Positions 26,738 through 39,400 of a stretch of 64,000 nucleotides of DNA are shown here, piece by piece. The translations under genes and the position numbers were made by a program. Under the pieces are notes generated by a model. That model was given only the letters and a program-made list of their open reading frames with translations, did not search any database and had not been told where the DNA came from. Position 1 is the first letter of the stretch. Each line of letters opens with the position of its first letter. This DNA is from Chrysomallon squamiferum (Eukaryota > Animalia > Mollusca), in assembly GCA_012295275.1 (NCBI GenBank), contig CM022673.1:7564001-7628000 (forward strand), read 5' to 3'.

Positions 26738-29700
26738 TGAATGACACATTTACAACTTAATTTAAATACAAACCAGTGTACTGGAATAACTGGAATTACT
26801 GGAAAAGAGGCTTTAGAAGTGTATTAAACTGTATATGTCAAATACAGTTTTATTCTTACTTTCTCATTATTTATTTTATATTTAAACTATTTATTAAGCC
26901 TTAGTCCAGAACTTCAGATCACCTCCATTCCCAAAGCTTCCTGAATAAATGGTCTGGTACCTAGACTTCATCATAGATGTTGTTCCTCTGTTTATGTATT
27001 TGTGTGTATTTCATTATTTTATAGGAATATCAGATATTATGGCTAAATCACACATTTATTTTAATATATTATAATTATGCAGTATAACATACAATTGTAC
27101 ATTAATTATGTATTTTACTTTGATGCACAGTTTATGGTTAACTTTTAATGTATTGAGATCTGATGTTCCAATCTCCAGTATAATTTTTACATAAATATAT
27201 ATTTTTAATTGAAAGTGTCGTGGTTGTCTGTGTGTATATATGTTTGTCTTCCACTGACAAATTTAGTACATAATTTCAATGAAAACACAAACATTTTTCT
27301 TGCAGGAGAAAAGTACTTCCAACCAAAAGGTTTGTTTATTTTGTTGTGATAATTAGCACTAATCATTACCATCATTAAAAAATTATAGTGTACAGCTGTC
27401 ACCTTATCATAATATCAGTTGTCGCATTGTTATTGGTTCTTGCTTTATTCATTATGTCCAGTATCATTATATTGCCAGTTATGATGCAGTTCTCACTATA
27501 TGACCATAATGTTGAGTTTTCATTCAGTCACAGTTGTTTTCATGTTTTTCAATTGTCACTTCATAACTAATGGGTTTTAATTAGCATTTTATGTCTGTTA
27601 TATTACTGTGTAACCATTGCAATTAGTTGCTACTGTGCTTTCAGTGTTTCAGTTGTTATTATGTTATCAGTATAAATATGCAACTAATATGTTCAGCTGT
27701 CACTTTGTAGCCATCGTGTTTGTCTGTCATTATGTTGCCAGTGCATTCCGCTTTCACTATGTAACCATTAGTTTGAGGTGTCACTATGATACTAATACAT
27801 TCAGTTGCTACAGTATATACATAATGTTCATTTGTCACTATTTATATTAAGACCAGTAATTCCTTTTGAATCAATATGCTATGTTTTTTTGACTTTATCT
27901 GTAACCAAATGATCACTGGTTTAACATAATTTCTGAATGGACTACAAGCTTTTTAGAAATTTGAAAATATCTGCTTATTTTATTATGTGTAATGTGCAGT
28001 GAATTATGATGTGAATTTAAAAATACAGTTAAAAAGATTTCTCGATATTTAAAATTTAAAAAGGTAATTTCTTTTCTTTTCTAAAATCATTGTGTTTCCA
28101 AATAAAAGAAGTCATTTTTTTTAATTATCCATTTTATAATTATCATTTATCATTAAAGCATCCATGTTACCTATGTGTCTGTCTACATATTGTATCTCTA
28201 TCAATAAATCTCTTTAAATCTATTGATCTATATAATATATCAATTTGTCCAATAATGATTGGTATTCAATGATAAATAACTCTGAGACTGAAATAATTGT
28301 GTTTAACATTAGAAGATTTTCATTTTTATGATTTATTTACTAGCAGCAAAAAGAAATAATTATAATAACTTAAAAGAAAAAGAAAAGGGAAAGACGGTTT
28401 GTTTATGTATGTTATTTAAATATAATGAAACTGAGTGATTAAGAGAAAGAAACAAATTGCATGTAATAGAAATAAGTCAGTTAACTGTTATTGGAAAACA
28501 AATCTATGTAAAAGGTGGGTTTTTTCCCACAGAAATGCCAGGTAATCCAATCCCAAAGCTTTGGTTGTTTTTATGTCTTATATTAGCACACTGCTTTGTT
28601 TATTAGCTAAAATAACAATCATAATAGAAATAACAGTTATAATAATTACTGTATATTTGTAATTTAAATAAGTCATTATTATTATTATCAGAATTATAGT
28701 GACCGAATTTTGGTCAGAATTTTAAATTATTTTATTTTAAAATCTATTTCCTTTTTTTTTTTCTTTTATCTTTTATCTTCTTTGTAGATTTTTGTTTGTA
28801 TTTCTTCTTATTATTATTATTATTTTTTTTTTTTTTTTTTTTTTTTTTTTATTAAATTATATGTTAATTGTCATTCTTCAGAACAATAAATGGTTTAAAT
28901 TAGCTTTTTTCTGTTTATTTAAAACGCATTATCGCAGTCTGTATTAAGTATATTATTAAAAAGTTATAAATACTGGTGTATGGTATTAAATGACCGAATT
29001 TTAATTTAAGTACAAGAAAAATCAATATCCTGTACTAATTCTAATCTGTGTATAAAGAAGGACACCTCTCTGATGGTTTGATCATTAATGTTAATGTTGT
29101 TGGTATCTTTGATTAACTGGATATTTTCATTAATCTGATTGGTTTTTTTTTAGAAAGAAGTATCTACAGTATTAGGAAGCAACATGATGGCAAATAAAAA
29201 ACTAAAAGACATGGTAATATAAATTATACATTATATTTTGTGGTAATAAGATTTGGAATCACATACATACTCTCTCTCATTTCTTTTATTTTCTGTCTGA
29301 CTGCAGGTAATGAACCATTTATCTGGCTTCAAGAAAGCCAGCTATTTTTAATCTGGACCACCTCTGGTTCCAAGTTTGCTGGATAAATGGTTCGGTTCCT
29401 GTATAACAAAACCAATCCTTTTCTCCTGATCTTTCAATTCTGTTTTTCTTCTGTGTCTCAAGACTTTTCTTTTGTATGATAGATGATTTTTTTTTCTATA
29501 GAGATATAAAATAGATAATTCAAAACAATTTTTATATTCATTTAGATTAAATTATTATAAAATTATAATTTTATTTTAAAGATGTTGAATAATATAGAAT
29601 TATTTTTTATTTATGATTTGTTTCCATTTCATGTTTTAGAATTACGTTTAAAGCAGAAACAGAAACTAAAAGAAATTTTTCATTAATCTGATTGTTTTTT

Positions 29701-30742
29701 TAGGAAGAAGATAATATTGTATTAGGAAGAAACATGAGGGCAAATAAAAAAGTAAAAGAACTGGTAATATAAATTAAACATTATATCTTGTGGTAATAAA
29801 AAGATGTGGAATCACATACATACTCTCTCTCTTCTTTTATTTTCTATCTGACTGCAGATAACGAACTATTTTTTAAACTGACTACTTTTAGATTTGGTGC
29901 ACTCTAACTCCCCAATCAGTGGCAATTATTTTAGTTTCCATGACATATACACTGAATGATGCCAGCTTAAGTGAGACTGTTGCTGTGTAGAGATGATCCT
30001 CTCACAGTAAATTATTATTATACATCTGTACAGGACTAATGACTGTTAAATAAAATGTTTCTGTTCTTTCTTAATTTTTTTTTATCCAGTATATGATGCA
30101 TGGGATGGTATGAAATTTAATTATATTAAGAAATGTGTTAATTTGTACCTGTATCTTTTAAATAAAAAATTTCTTCTCCCTTTTCATCCTATTTATTACA
30201 CATTCTATAATAATTAAAGACATTTTAAGAATTTTAACTGATTAATAAAGATCAAACAGACCCTGCTTTAAGTGTTTAATAGTTTCATTGTTTATTTTTC
30301 TAGTATTATTTCATATTTTATATTCATATTGAGCCTTCCAAAAATCCAGAAATTTGGACCACCTCTGATTCCAAGCTTGCCGAATAAATGGTTTGGTTCC
30401 TGTATAAGAAAACCAATCCTTTTTTTCTCTCTATCTTCTTTCATTTCTTTTTTTTTTTTCCGTCTCTCAAGGCTTTTTTTTTTCATGAAAGATGATGTTT
30501 ATCTGTAGAGTTGTAAAATTCAAATGTATGTTTATATTCATTTAGTTTAAATTATTATAAAAAACATTAATTTATTTTAAAGATGTTGAATAATATAGAA
30601 TTATTTTTTATTTATGATTTGGTTTCCATTTCAGGTTTCAGAATCACATTTAAAACAGAAACAGAAACAGAAAGAAATTTTTGACGATAAGAAGAGGTTT
30701 GATAAGAAATTACAACGAGAAATTGATATCAGAAAACCGTAG
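25138..30742 (+). pseudogene. Orphan micro-exon gene, copy 2; start-codon exon deleted (pseudogene or N-terminally truncated gene)
   Basis: Open phase-0 exons 25138-25212, 25571-25717, 27306-27329 EKSTSNQK, 28533-28541 KCQ, 29154-29213, 29704-29763, 30635-30742. The MSGYT segment and its donor are removed by a ~200-bp deletion at ~24845. A 1-nt loss near 30736 gives an early stop. Confidence 0.6.
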
Positions 30743-32745
30743 ATATTACACTGCAATAAACTCTGTCAGTAACATATCTAATATAATTATTTCAGAACTG
30801 TAGAAAACAGTACCTCTTGATTAAATACTAATCTGAAGACATCTTTGGCTCAAAACTGACTACTCAGTCACATGTTTAATATTTCACACATTCTGTGTAA
30901 GAACACGTATAGTTATTATTGTTTCAGAATTTGTAACATGAAGACTAACTTGTCAATTTTTAATATTTCACTAACACTAAGTAAGAACATGGGCTGTTAT
31001 TTTTATTTCAAAATGTTAAACACAAAACCTGACTGGCATGATTTGAATATTTCAATAACACTAAATAAGAAAATAGTTATTGTAACAAGAAATGTTATTG
31101 AGCTACATGTTTGATATTTCACTGTCACTAAAGTCATATTCTTTTTATTGCAAAGCCAGCTGATTAATTTTGATTTCTGTTTAGTTCAAGGTTTTCAAAC
31201 GATCCAAGCTACAAACCAGTAAGACATATAATGTACACTACATAGAAGTTACTGTTTTGCTTTACAACAGGCATTCCCACACAATTAACAAACACTTATT
31301 ATTATTTCACACAAATATAACAAGAAAAACTATTGGATGATATTTGATATTTAACTGATTTCAAATAAAAAAAATAAAAAAATACTGGGCTATTTTTTCA
31401 GAAATTGTTATGTGAAAATTGATTGAGAATCTATTATGATATTTTTATTTGTTTTGTTTTATTTAAAAGGGAATTCCAAATCACAGTAAAAATTATCATA
31501 TTTATCATTCATTAGACTGAATGTATAAAGTATTGATAAATGTTATTTTCTGATATTTTTGTTGGCATGAAATGTAATTTCTGGGAATGTGTCAGACTGA
31601 GATGTATAAGAATTATTTTTCATTATTTGAAGATATGGTCAGATATTTATCATTTAAGCCCATATTTAAAGAGAAATATTTTTTTCAATTTCACTTGTAT
31701 TTTTGTATAACTTTTTTTTTTTTAACATTTTTGCCACATCACTGAAAAACAATTAAATCTGTTTATTAATATAAATAAAATTGTATTAAGTATAATATCT
31801 CCAAATACGTTACAAATATATCTGTCATGTCTTTTAATGCCATGAATTGGAGATTTCTGGGGTAGCTTTAAACCTTTGATGGCTGAGTGTGGAATATTTA
31901 AAATCTGTGATATGACTGTTGAAACTGTTGAGATTTATCTGCATTTAAAATCTCTATTCAACAACACACAAGTCAAACCTCTTGATTTACATAGGAACTT
32001 TTTAAACAATTTGACCTTGTACCCTGATTGTAGGGATTGTCACACGATTACAAACAGATTTTTTGTTTTCAAAGAAATATAGCGCATGCGCATTTCTAGT
32101 TACAAATTTAAAAATAAAAATTTAAATTTAAATTTAAAAGATAAAATAATAATTTTAATTCAATTTACAAGATTAAAAGATAATTTAATTCTAGTTAGAA
32201 AATTACAAGATAAAAAACCTAAATTCTAGATACAAATGAACAAGATGTAAAATGATAATTTAACTGGTTATATAAATTTACAACATATAATTTAATTCCA
32301 GCTACAAATTTAAAAGGTGTAAAATGATGATTTAAGTCAGAGTTGTTTCTGTTACATTCCGTCCAGGTTGTTACGATTGTGTGATATGTTTGTAACAATG
32401 AAGGTGTTTTTGTAATACTGACTAAACCAAATTCAATGATTGATCAAATTCATTTTATTATAAGGTTAAAAAAGAAGAAAAACAAAAAAGGGAGTGAAAA
32501 ACACATGCTTTTGTATTTGAACAGTTTTAATACCACCTTCATTTTATTAATGAACCATTTAATTTTAATACATAACTGTTATATAACGATGAATCCACTA
32601 ATAATCAGATATTAATGTGTTTAATGAACAAACACCTACTGCCACTTTATTGATTAAAAAACAAATGTTTATGATAATGTTTTGTTTTCAATTATTTTCT
32701 GTATGAATATATATATATATAATTTATTTATCTAATTATATATTA

Positions 32746-32780
<35 letters not shown>

Positions 32781-34460
32781 TGATGTTTTGTTTGTTTAAT
32801 GTTTTGAAATTGAGTTCTTTTAACACTTTGTTTCCATGGATATAATGTATAATTACTGCCATGCAAATCAAACCAAACATTTTTTTTTTATTATTATTTA
32901 TTAAATATTTTACTATTCATTTTAAAATCTTTTAATTTCTTTTAATAATTTCTTGTTCTTTTAGTAGATATACAAAACGTAAACAATAGAAGTAACAGAT
33001 ACTGGTATATTATTTCATTTAATACAGAGGAGGATAAAAATTATTTTTATTGGTATCATATTTCAAAAAAAAAACAAAAACAATTAATCAGCTCATCTTA
33101 CAAAGTAAAAATAAATCTAAGGGACGTAATTCTTTTTACTTTTAGACTCCTAAATTTATGGTTGGAAATGGGTCACATTTTAATTGTTACAGCTAATATT
33201 ACATTTTAGATTATCGGAGTTGGCATGTTACAAGTCATATGGTGAAAAATCTTGCTTTATGAATGTGTGTCTGAACTGTTATTTGCCGATTAAGTTTTAT
33301 GACTAAATTATTTAATAATACCGTTTACTTTGCTTCCAATCTTTTTATTTATTTATTTTTTATTATTATTATTATAATGTTGTTGGTTTTTTCATAGATT
33401 TATAGATTTTGTTAACAATCTTAGAGATTAACTGTATGATAGACAAAATATATATGATGTTTATAGACGCTGTAAAGTTTGTATGTTTGTGAATAATTCA
33501 CTCTAAAGTTTTAATTTAATAAATAATATGTCACAGACTGTTTCACTTTTTATTTCTCAAAAAATCGTGGAAAATGATTAATTCATCCTATACGATATTC
33601 AAGAGAAAATTTAGTTTAATGAAAACTGAAACCAGAAAAAAACCCATTATCAATTTAACATACCTGTTTTGCAGTTCAGTTTAAAAAGAAAAGAAAACAG
33701 ACAATTTGTAGGAAGAAGGTACATTTTATTTATCCTAGCTTTTGATAGCTCTGCCTAGTACCCATTGCCTGCCTTGTGCTTTATCTCTTCATCTGTTTTA
33801 CTTCTTTTCTGCAGTCAGAATATAGCAAATAATGGAATCCGATTTATATTTTCAATAGTCCCTGTATTGGCTGGGTTCTATATTCTTTCACCACAGTTCA
33901 GTAATTTTCCAGTATATAGCACCGCTCATTGTTTTGATGAAATATTGAGGAATGTCAAATAAAAACTGTGAGCAACCATTTCCAGTACAATGTGCAATTT
34001 CTAGTTGTTTTGTAAACTGTCAGCTTGGGCAACAATATATAATTTTGTGGATTTATGATTCCTTGTAATAGAACAATTTACAAATTAAGGAATTCTAACC
34101 GAACAGTGAAATGTAGGTAACTAGCGTCTACTTTTTTTCATTCTGTTTTTCTTTTTCTATTATTTATTTATTAATTTATTTATTTATTTATTTATATCTT
34201 AAAGTATTCTATGAAAATATCCAGTCGTCATATACAAAATAAACAACTTCTGAAACAAAACAACTTCTTTGCAGTCCTGTCCACACTTTCTGCCACAATA
34301 TGAAATCACTTTGGGTCACCAAACTTTTCTCCAGATTTCTAACATAGGGCTTTGTTGTATTCTTATAATTTTAAATGAGTACTGAAAAGCCTGAAAGATC
34401 AGCTGAGCATAGCACTGTGAGATTTCATTAAAAAATGCATCATCGTCATTATTATGATTA

Positions 34461-34470
34461 TTATTATTAT

Positions 34471-34508
<38 letters not shown>

Positions 34509-34530
34509 TAATTATAATTATTATTATTAT
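34461..34530. repeat. (TAT)n(TAC)n microsatellite
   Basis: Directly visible; source of the poly-Tyr ORF. Confidence 0.9.
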
Positions 34531-34667
34531 AAATGTATCACTTCGATACATCTTGCCTCCATTTTGTCCAACGATCTCGTGAACTCCATTTGCGAACGTC
34601 CGTTATTTACGTCAAATTGATATTTTTTGATAAATCATATGATGTATGAATAGCTGCAAAAATGCAT

Positions 34668-34707
<40 letters not shown>

Positions 34708-34977
34708 GTAATTAGAGTTTGACAATAAAGTCAGTTCTTTTAAACGTGTCGGAGACTCGAGAAAGCAGGCTGCAAGTAATCGTAAAGAAATATAAGAATG
34801 AAACTAATACATGTTTAATTTTATGTTTGTGAAAATGTCTTGGTTATGTCGTATCGTCTCATTCAGACTTTACAAAAATCCACTTCTCCCCAATGTGTCT
34901 AGAGGGAAAAGTGACTTCTTCCTATTTTTCAAGCCTATTTATTTATTTATTTATTTTTTTATTATTATTTATTTATT

Positions 34978-35009
<32 letters not shown>

Positions 35010-35440
35010 CCTAATCTTCTAACATAATAACATAAAACCTGAATGGGCCTAAGGGTGGAAGTTATATCATACCAAGAAAACAACAAAATCCTTTCTGTAT
35101 TTCTCGTTCCAGCCAGAACCCTACAATTAATTTTTGTCGCGATTCTATATTCTGTATGAGATAATGTATATAAAATTGTCTTCCCTGTTTATTTGATTGG
35201 TTCTTAATCCTGAGTTCTGTGCCATACAGAAGTAAATAAAATGTACTGATGCGCTGTTAAATAAACATATATTTCCTTTCTTCGAACCCAACACTTTCCA
35301 TTAATTATTTCAAAAGTATGAAATTATTAGTATTAGTTACAAATAAGCGAGAAATAAGGTGAAAAATAATTTTTAAAATATTATATAATGAAAAAAACAA
35401 GAAGAAATAGCACAATCTTAAATAAATTTATTTAGAGGAA

Positions 35441-35541
35441 ATATTCAAACAACGTTATTTTCCCGCATTTCTTTACGTGACCAGTTTATGGCAAACAAAA
35501 CGATCACATCGAGTTTTCGGTAACCGCTCCAATGTTTACAG
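35441..35541 (+). promoter_or_regulatory. Putative promoter and first exon, copy 3
   Basis: TTCAAA, TTTCCCGC (35459-35466) and donor CAG|GTAAGG are conserved. Confidence 0.45.
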
Positions 35542-36062
35542 GTAAGGAAGAGCTCGAATTTCGGTTTCTATGTACAGATTTATTTACTGCAGCTAGTATA
35601 TACATTCACTATAGGGTTTTAAATATGCATATATATATAATTTTTTATTTGTATCGTAACAATGGGTGCTTTTGTGTTTTAATATGTGGGTCGTGTAATA
35701 AATAGCGAACGTGTTACACATAGATACTAAGATAGCGATCGTTTGACGGTTATAGCGTTGTTGTAAATAAAATAAATATTCTTTTGTAGATAATCGTGAC
35801 TGTTTGTTCTTCTTATTATTATTATTTAGGGGAAAAATAGTGTTGTATTATTTAATATATAAAATACGATTTACAATAAATAATAGTAACGAAACTGAAA
35901 TTAAAAAATAAAATAATATTCTTTCGTAAGTGGCAAAATATTAATTTCTTTAGTTGGTTTCATTTTCCGTATGAACATATTATAAAGCAGCAAACACTTT
36001 TCTGTGTGTTCTTTTTGTGTACATGCCAGAATATTCTTGGAGGTCTTGTGTCGTTGGGCCTG

Positions 36063-36120
<58 letters not shown>

Positions 36121-36463
36121 CATCACTGCCAAGACTTATATTTAAAAATAAAAATAAATTAAATTAAAAAATATTCTTTACTAATTGGCAAAATATTAGT
36201 ATCTTTAGTTGGTTTCATTTTCCTTATGAACATATTATAAAGCAGCAAACACTTTTCTGTGTGTTTTTTTTGTGTACATGCGTCCACATGCATTAAAAAA
36301 AAAAAGTTAATTTATTTATTTGTTATTTTGTTACGTTTTGATCGTTTTATATCGTTTTATTTTTAGTACTGAAAATAAATAATCTGGGGAAAAATTAGAC
36401 GTTGAATTGTCATCAAATTTTGACTCAAACCAAACCAAGTCAGTAAACAGACTGAAAGACAAA

Positions 36464-39400
36464 ATGAGTGGATACACTGTAAGTTCTGAACCTTACACTT
36501 CTCATATCAATGACTGAAGTTATTAAAAAAAAAAAAAAAAACTGTCTAATAGTATTAGATACATGTTCTGAATTAAACTATTTTATATTTTTATTATACA
36601 GAACCTTTAAAATGCATTGATTTTAATTTTAGGCTTGGAAATCATATTTTCTTAACAAAACTGATTTCTTTAACATAAAGTTAATCAGTTTTACCTCTTA
36701 TAGTTGAGAAAAGCATATGTGTATATTTTAGAAAATATTTATCTGTTTATTAAAGAAATGAAATTTATTAGCATGTTTGTTACCAGTTTTAACAATTAGA
36801 AAAAGTATATGACTAAGTAAGACCTCCATTTTAATATTTTGTTTTCAGAACATCAGAAATACAGTAAAACTAACAACTTATGAATTAAACAACATTTATA
36901 ACCACAATCTAAAAACAAACATGGTGAGTACTTCTGTCCATTTTAGTAATGGTGAAATTTTAATAGTAAAGTTTGCATCATCTTGTTTTTCTCTTTTCCT
37001 GTGAAACAAAACATGGACAATTTCCTAAACCAGTATTTCTTAAATTTATTAATGGTTCATCCAATAATGAATAAAATTTATGTGTTAGCCATATTTGTAG
37101 TGAAAATATCTAAGTTCATTATTTTCTCTGTTGTATATTGTATATCACAGTTTTAATACATCATCAAGGATGAACTTGGATTTAATTTATTCAAGTGTTC
37201 TTTATTTAAATAATGGTATATAAAATATGTAAACAACACATAAACTACTGAATATAAATGTCCCTTGATTATGACAGTCAGGATCTTTTTTCAGTTTAAT
37301 AAATATTTGTTTACATACTTCAGACAGCTTTCATTACCATAGAATGTATTTTCTTATCTATGGAATGATGTACATAAAAGATTGTGTCTGTTATTCTTAA
37401 CCATATACAATATCTGTAGATTTAAAGCAGTCTTCAGTGAAATTGTGAAGTAAAATATTTCTTTCTTTGACAGATTGAGAATGAAGATCATGTCATTTTT
37501 TATCCAGTGAACAAACTAACCCTGGTGAAAAATGAAAACGAGGACATAGAAAAACGAGATTGTGTGAAGTGTGTAGATTTGTCAGACCTGGATGCAGACA
37601 AGCTTGAATATGACTCTGAGGTATAGTGTACCAACAAGCCTATGTTTATTTTCAAAAAAAAAAAAAAAAAAAAATGAACCAACAACATAAGGAGCTGATA
37701 AATTAAGCCCTTATTATGTTATGTGGTTAGATTTAATTCAGTTCTAGAAAACTTAACTCAGATTATGGTTCTAGGATCAATCCTTGGCAGGTTCACAGAG
37801 CTGCTGTTTCCCCTATCAACCTTTACTTCTAATTCATAATGTCAGTAATCTCTTGCTGGAATGCACAGAACAAAATCTGAGTCTATGCTGAAGTGAATTT
37901 GTTAAAGCATGTGCACCACATTGTTCAACTACAGAGTTTATTTTTGTTGTGACTAAAGTGGTTTCCTGCGCCATGTTGAAATCAGCAGATCTGTGGATAG
38001 ATTGTAATTAAGTAATGTGTAAAATACCACACCTTTAATAATTCTACTTATAATGATAATATGTGCATATTCAACTGCTCTGTGTGCATGCGTATGTGTG
38101 ACTGAAAGTGAACAATTACAAAACAAAATTCTTAATTAAATGATTATTACTTTACAGGATGATGAAGTCATTATGTCACTTGAAAAGGTTTGTTTAAGTT
38201 TATTTTGTTTTATTATTTGTTTTATTATTTTAAATAAAAATCGGTTCTAGGTCTAATCTAGCAAATTCAAAAGAGAGTTCAGTTAGTCTTCACATCAATA
38301 GGTATATAATTTGGTTTGTATTTTTGGTGGGTGGGTTTTTGCTTGTTTTATATACAAGTAAACTATCAGTTTTCCTGAATACTTTATTCAAAATCCTCTC
38401 TGGACCAAAAGAGGTGAAATAATAATAATAATTCAGAAATGCACATCTGGCAGTTTGATGTATACATCCCATGTCTAAAATGCAGGTAGAAATTTAAATT
38501 TAATAAATATTAAATGGAATTAAATGACTAAATACCATATATTAGAATAAACTGTATCAATAAAATTAGGCTGTTAAATACACAAAAAACAATATTAAAT
38601 TTTATCCAAACCACCAGTGTCTGGAAAATTGATTGTGTACCTGTACCTAGTTATTTTAGGTGTATGCTTTTTAATGAAAATAGTAAATCTTTCAGTTGAA
38701 AGATAATGATAGTTCAGCAGTGTCAGCGTCTAACTTGAAAATCTACAAAACATCATATTCTATTTTCATTATTGCTGTTGATCCAGGATTAAGTTATAAT
38801 TTCTATCTCTTATTTGAATCTGAAGATATTGTGTGTGTGTGTGTGTGTGACTGAATGACACATTTACAACTTAATTTCAATACAAATGAGTGTTCTATGT
38901 TTGCAGCTGCAGAAGAAGAAGGTTCAAAAAGAAGTACGAAGTGATCCAGTCAAAAAGGTTTGTTTGTTTTGCTGTGACAATTAACACTAACAGTTGTTTT
39001 CAGTATAAATGTCTGTCCATTATGTTCATTTGTCACTCCAAGAGATACATTTATTTTAATACATTATAGTATACCTGCACAGACCGTTTATCTGGTTATA
39101 TAATAAATTGGAATTACTGGAAAACAGGCTTTAGAAGTGTATTAAACTGTATGTGTTAAATACAGTTTTATTCTTAATTTTTCTTTATTTATTTTATATT
39201 TAAACTATTTATTAAGCCTTAGTCCAGAACTTCAGATCACCTCCATTCCCAAAGCTTCCTGAATAAATGGTCTGGTACCTAGACTTCATCATAGATGTTG
39301 TTCCTCTGTTTATGTATTTGTGTGTATTTCAATATTTTATAGGAGTATCAGATATTATGGCTAAATCACACAATTATTTTAATATATTATAATTAAGCAA

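Larger units (their letters stand above)
22770..34128 (+). repeat. Tandem segmental duplication, unit 2
   Basis: Collinear with units 1 and 3, with many internal deletions; boundaries approximate. Confidence 0.9.
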
